Source: Candidatus Rokuibacteriota bacterium
GTDB lineage: Bacteria; Methylomirabilota; Methylomirabilia; Rokubacteriales; CSP1-6
NCBI GenBank assembly: GCA_003221695.1
Contig: QHSX01000058.1
Coordinates: 326 to 64,325, forward strand
Direction: 5' to 3'
DNA: 64,000 bases
This document shows positions 61,407-64,000 of this stretch, one piece after another (the stretch's first letter is position 1; every line of letters begins with the position of its first letter). Below the pieces are notes generated by a model, which was not told where the DNA came from, did no database searches, and saw only the letters and a program-made list of their open reading frames with translations. A program made the position numbers and the translations under genes.

Positions 61407-63346
61407 AGGACGAAGATCTGGGCGGGGTCGACCTCCGGGCGTAGCTCCACATAGCCGCGCGGGCCCCGCCACTCGAACGCGCGGTCGCTCAGGAGCTCGT
61501 GCATCCGGTAGGGCTGGTGTGGGGCGATGCCGAGCTCGGCGATCGGGACGTCTACCATAGACGCCTGCGGCGCGAACGGGTCCAGGCTCGCTGCGACGAA
61601 GACGACGTTGTCCCGCTCCCGGGTCGTCTTGCCGTAGAAGAGGACCCGCGGGTTGTCGGCGTGGTAGAAGCGCAGATTCGTGTAGAGGTGGAGGGCGCGG
61701 TTCTCTCGGCGGATCCGATTGACGCGGGACACGAAGTCCACGAGGTTGCCGGGAGCCTTCCAGTCGCGCCGCTTGAGCTCGTACTTCTCCGAGTCGAGAT
61801 ACTCCTCCGATCCGGGCGCCGCGGGCGGGTTCTCGCAGAGCTCGTATCCCGAGTAGATGCCGTAGAGCGAGGACAAGGTCGCCGCGAGCACGAGACGCAG
61901 CTTGAACGCGGGCCGGCCGCCCTGCTGCAGCGTCGCGTGGAGGATGTCGGGGGTGTTGGGCCAGAGGTGGCCCCGAAAGTAGTCGGCCACCGGCGGTGTC
62001 GTGATCTCCGTAAGGTAGTCGATCAGCTCCTGCTTCTCATTGCGCCACGTGAAGTAGGTGTACGACTGCGTGAACCCCGCCTTGGCGAGCGCCTTCATCA
62101 TCTTGGGCCGCGTGAACGCTTCGGAGAGAAAGATGACGTCCGGGTGGGCCCCCTGGATCTCACGGATGAGCCAGGCCCAGAACTTCACCGGCTTGGTGTG
62201 GGGATTGTCGACGCGGAACGTGACGACGCCGTGGGCGACCCAGAACTGGAGGACCCGCCGCATCTCCTGCCAGAGCGGTACCGGGTCCGGGCAGAGGAAA
62301 TTGAGCGGATAGACGTCCTGATATTTCTTGGGCGGGTTCTCCGCATACTTGATCGTGCCGTCGGGACGGTGGAAGAACCACTCCGGGTGCTCGGTGACCC
62401 AGGGATGGTCCGGCGAGCACTGGATCGCGAAGTCGAGCGCCACCTCGAGCCCGAGGCTCCGCGCGCGCTCGACGAACCGGTCGAAGTCGTCGAGGGTGCC
62501 GAGCTCTGGGTGGACGGCCGTGTGACCGCCCTCCGTGCTCCCGATCGCCCAGGGGCTGCCCGGGTCGGCGGGCTCCACCGTGAGCGTGTTGTTCTTTCCC
62601 TTGCGGTTCGTGCGCCCGATCGGGTGGATGGGCGGCAGGTAGACGACGTCGAAGCCCATCGCCGCCGCGCGCTCGAGCTGCGTCTCCGCGTCCTTGAACG
62701 TTCCGCTCGAGCGCGGGAAGAACTCGTACCACGCGGCGAAGCGCGCACGCTCGCGGTCGGCGACCACCTCGAACTCCCGCTCGCACCAGGTCGCGTCGGT
62801 GTGGTCGAGGTGGCGTTCCATGAGCCGCACGAGCGGCTCCCCACCGGCGGCGGCGACGGCGTCGGCGGGGGCGGGCGCTCGTTCGATCCGTCGTGCCGCC
62901 TCGGTGAGGGCGCGCGCGTCCTCGTCCCCGGCGCGCGCGGCCGTCGCGCGGATCAGCATGAGCCCCTCGGCGAGCTCGGTCGTGAGATCCTGCCCCGCCG
63001 CGTGGCGCTTGGCGAGGTCGGCGAGCCAGGAGCGATACGGATCGGCGAGCGCCTCGATGGTGAAGACCCACCGCCCGACGGCGTCGAGCCGCAGGGCGCC
63101 GGCCCAGCGATCGTTGTCGACATGGCGCATCGGGACCTCGCGCCACGTGCGTTCGGCGGCGGGCCGGTACTTCAAGTAGGCGACGAGCACGTCGTGGCCT
63201 TCCTTGAAGATGTCGGCCGTCACCTCGAGGACGGCGCCCACCTCGCGCTTCACGGGATACCGGCCGCCCTCCACGGCGGGGGCAACGGCCTCGATCACGA
63301 CCGTGCGGCGCGGATGGACGTTCGCACCCACGTGGGGCCCCCTCAC
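61397..63346 (-). CDS. glgE: Alpha-1,4-glucan:maltose-1-phosphate maltosyltransferase GlgE (GH13_3)
   Basis: N-terminal VVIEAVAPAVEGGRYPVKREVG..DIFKEGHD, catalytic TIM-barrel motifs, FRVDNPHTKP. GTG start overlapping the upstream TGA (GTGA). Confidence 0.85.
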   Translation of the reverse strand: MRGPHVGANVHPRRTVVIEAVAPAVEGGRYPVKREVGAVLEVTADIFKEGHDVLVAYLKYRPAAERTWREVPMRHVDNDRWAGALRLDAVGRWVFTIEALADPYRSWLADLAKRHAAGQDLTTELAEGLMLIRATAARAGDEDARALTEAARRIERAPAPADAVAAAGGEPLVRLMERHLDHTDATWCEREFEVVADRERARFAAWYEFFPRSSGTFKDAETQLERAAAMGFDVVYLPPIHPIGRTNRKGKNNTLTVEPADPGSPWAIGSTEGGHTAVHPELGTLDDFDRFVERARSLGLEVALDFAIQCSPDHPWVTEHPEWFFHRPDGTIKYAENPPKKYQDVYPLNFLCPDPVPLWQEMRRVLQFWVAHGVVTFRVDNPHTKPVKFWAWLIREIQGAHPDVIFLSEAFTRPKMMKALAKAGFTQSYTYFTWRNEKQELIDYLTEITTPPVADYFRGHLWPNTPDILHATLQQGGRPAFKLRLVLAATLSSLYGIYSGYELCENPPAAPGSEEYLDSEKYELKRRDWKAPGNLVDFVSRVNRIRRENRALHLYTNLRFYHADNPRVLFYGKTTRERDNVVFVAASLDPFAPQASMVDVPIAELGIAPHQPYRMHELLSDRAFEWRGPRGYVELRPEVDPAQIFVLHR

Positions 63347-64000
63347 GCGGGCAGCGCGAAGCCGAGCGCCGCGGCGAGCGGCTGCAGCACGGCGCGCCCC
63401 TCGGGCCGGGCGCCCCAGAGCTCGTAGAACTGGTTCTGCGTGGCCCAGTGCCCGTACCGGAGCGCGAGCGCACGCGCGTCCTGGATGAGCGCGACGGCCG
63501 CGCCGATGCGCTCGGCCGTGGGCGCCTCCGCCACCCGCTCGAGCGCGCGCCGCACGGCGCGGTGCATCGTGGCGCGCACGGGCGCCAGATCGAGCTCGAC
63601 GCCGAGCGTCTTCGCCTCGGCCGCAATCCCGAAGACGCGCTCCGGGATGGCGTCGAGGGCGTCGAGGCGCTCGAGCTCGTCGCGCGCCTGCCGCTCGAGC
63701 ACGTGCCGCGCGACCAGCCGGAGCGCCTCCGGGATCGGCACGTCCACCTGGCGGAGATAGTGGACGAGCTTTCGGTTCTCCTCCCAGATGCGCCGGTACG
63801 TTTCGTCGTGCGGGTCGAGCACCGCGCGGATGAGGCTCGCGAGCACGCGCCGGCGCTCGTCGAGGAACAGGTGGGCGAGCGCAAAGGGCTCGCCCGGGAA
63901 GTGTTCGTCCATGCCGCGGACGACGTCCGCGACGCTCCCCTGCGCCCAGCGGCGCAGGAGGTCCGCGCGCAGCGCGTCGTACGTCGCCTCGTCTTCCCAC
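63343..64000 (-). CDS. C-terminal part of a helical glycogen-metabolism-associated protein (gene continues beyond the window), translationally coupled to glgE
   Basis: Sensible alpha-helical translation ...WEDEATYDALRADLLRRWAQGSVADVVRGMDEHFPGEPFALAH.... The alternative frame is R/A/G/P junk. Confidence 0.45.
   Translation of the reverse strand, partial: WEDEATYDALRADLLRRWAQGSVADVVRGMDEHFPGEPFALAHLFLDERRRVLASLIRAVLDPHDETYRRIWEENRKLVHYLRQVDVPIPEALRLVARHVLERQARDELERLDALDAIPERVFGIAAEAKTLGVELDLAPVRATMHRAVRRALERVAEAPTAERIGAAVALIQDARALALRYGHWATQNQFYELWGARPEGRAVLQPLAAALGFALPA

Noticed and set aside
61397-64000. 867-aa GlgE ORF extending to the window edge
   Set aside because: Upstream of about 63346 this frame is R/A/G/P junk. 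The alternative frame gives a sensible helical protein ending at a TGA that overlaps a GTG start (GTGA). GlgE therefore starts near 63346.

Overview
This is a 64 kb high-GC (~70%+) bacterial chromosomal window, densely packed with housekeeping genes on both strands. Gene content and synteny suggest a Gram-negative Deltaproteobacteria/Myxococcota-like organism (lolB-ispE-prs-rplY-pth synteny, a DciA-like DUF721 protein, a CIRCE/HrcA-controlled groESL, mreBCD-mrdA-rodA).

Recognisable content:
- RNase P RNA (rnpB) and two tRNAs (anticodon CAT and Gln-TTG).
- An rpsU-mutS2-dnaG-rpoD operon.
- rpsF-ssb-rpsR-rplI.
- groESL with a perfect CIRCE element.
- The mre/rod cell-shape cluster and RNase G.
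- A csoR-copA-YHS copper module with a palindromic operator.
- An MrfA/MrfB-like helicase-exonuclease pair.
- glgE.
- Assorted transporters.

Most unusual features:
1. A replicative helicase dnaB interrupted by two inteins that both carry LAGLIDADG homing endonucleases. One is in the P-loop and appears to be class 3 (Ala1, block-F Cys). The other is a canonical Cys1 intein.
2. Two small thioredoxin-fold redox proteins whose active-site Cys is replaced by an in-frame TGA with a downstream hairpin. One is ArsC/Spx-like (U-x-x-C), the other AhpD-like (C-x-x-U-x-x-H). Both are candidate selenoproteins.
3. Two related G-rich tandem-repeat arrays sharing the core CAGGCCACCCACGG. One (48 nt period) sits in-frame inside rlmD. 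The other (78 nt period) splits an ABC permease gene pair.
4. Several short regulatory-looking elements: a 16S rRNA 3'-end-like segment, tandem TGACGTCA palindromes, and a 24-nt perfect palindrome upstream of cspA.

No CRISPR array, transposase or obvious defence island was seen. Many long wrong-frame ORFs in the six-frame track are high-GC artefacts. Coordinates for elements read by eye (RNAs, repeats, motifs) may be off by 1-2 nt.
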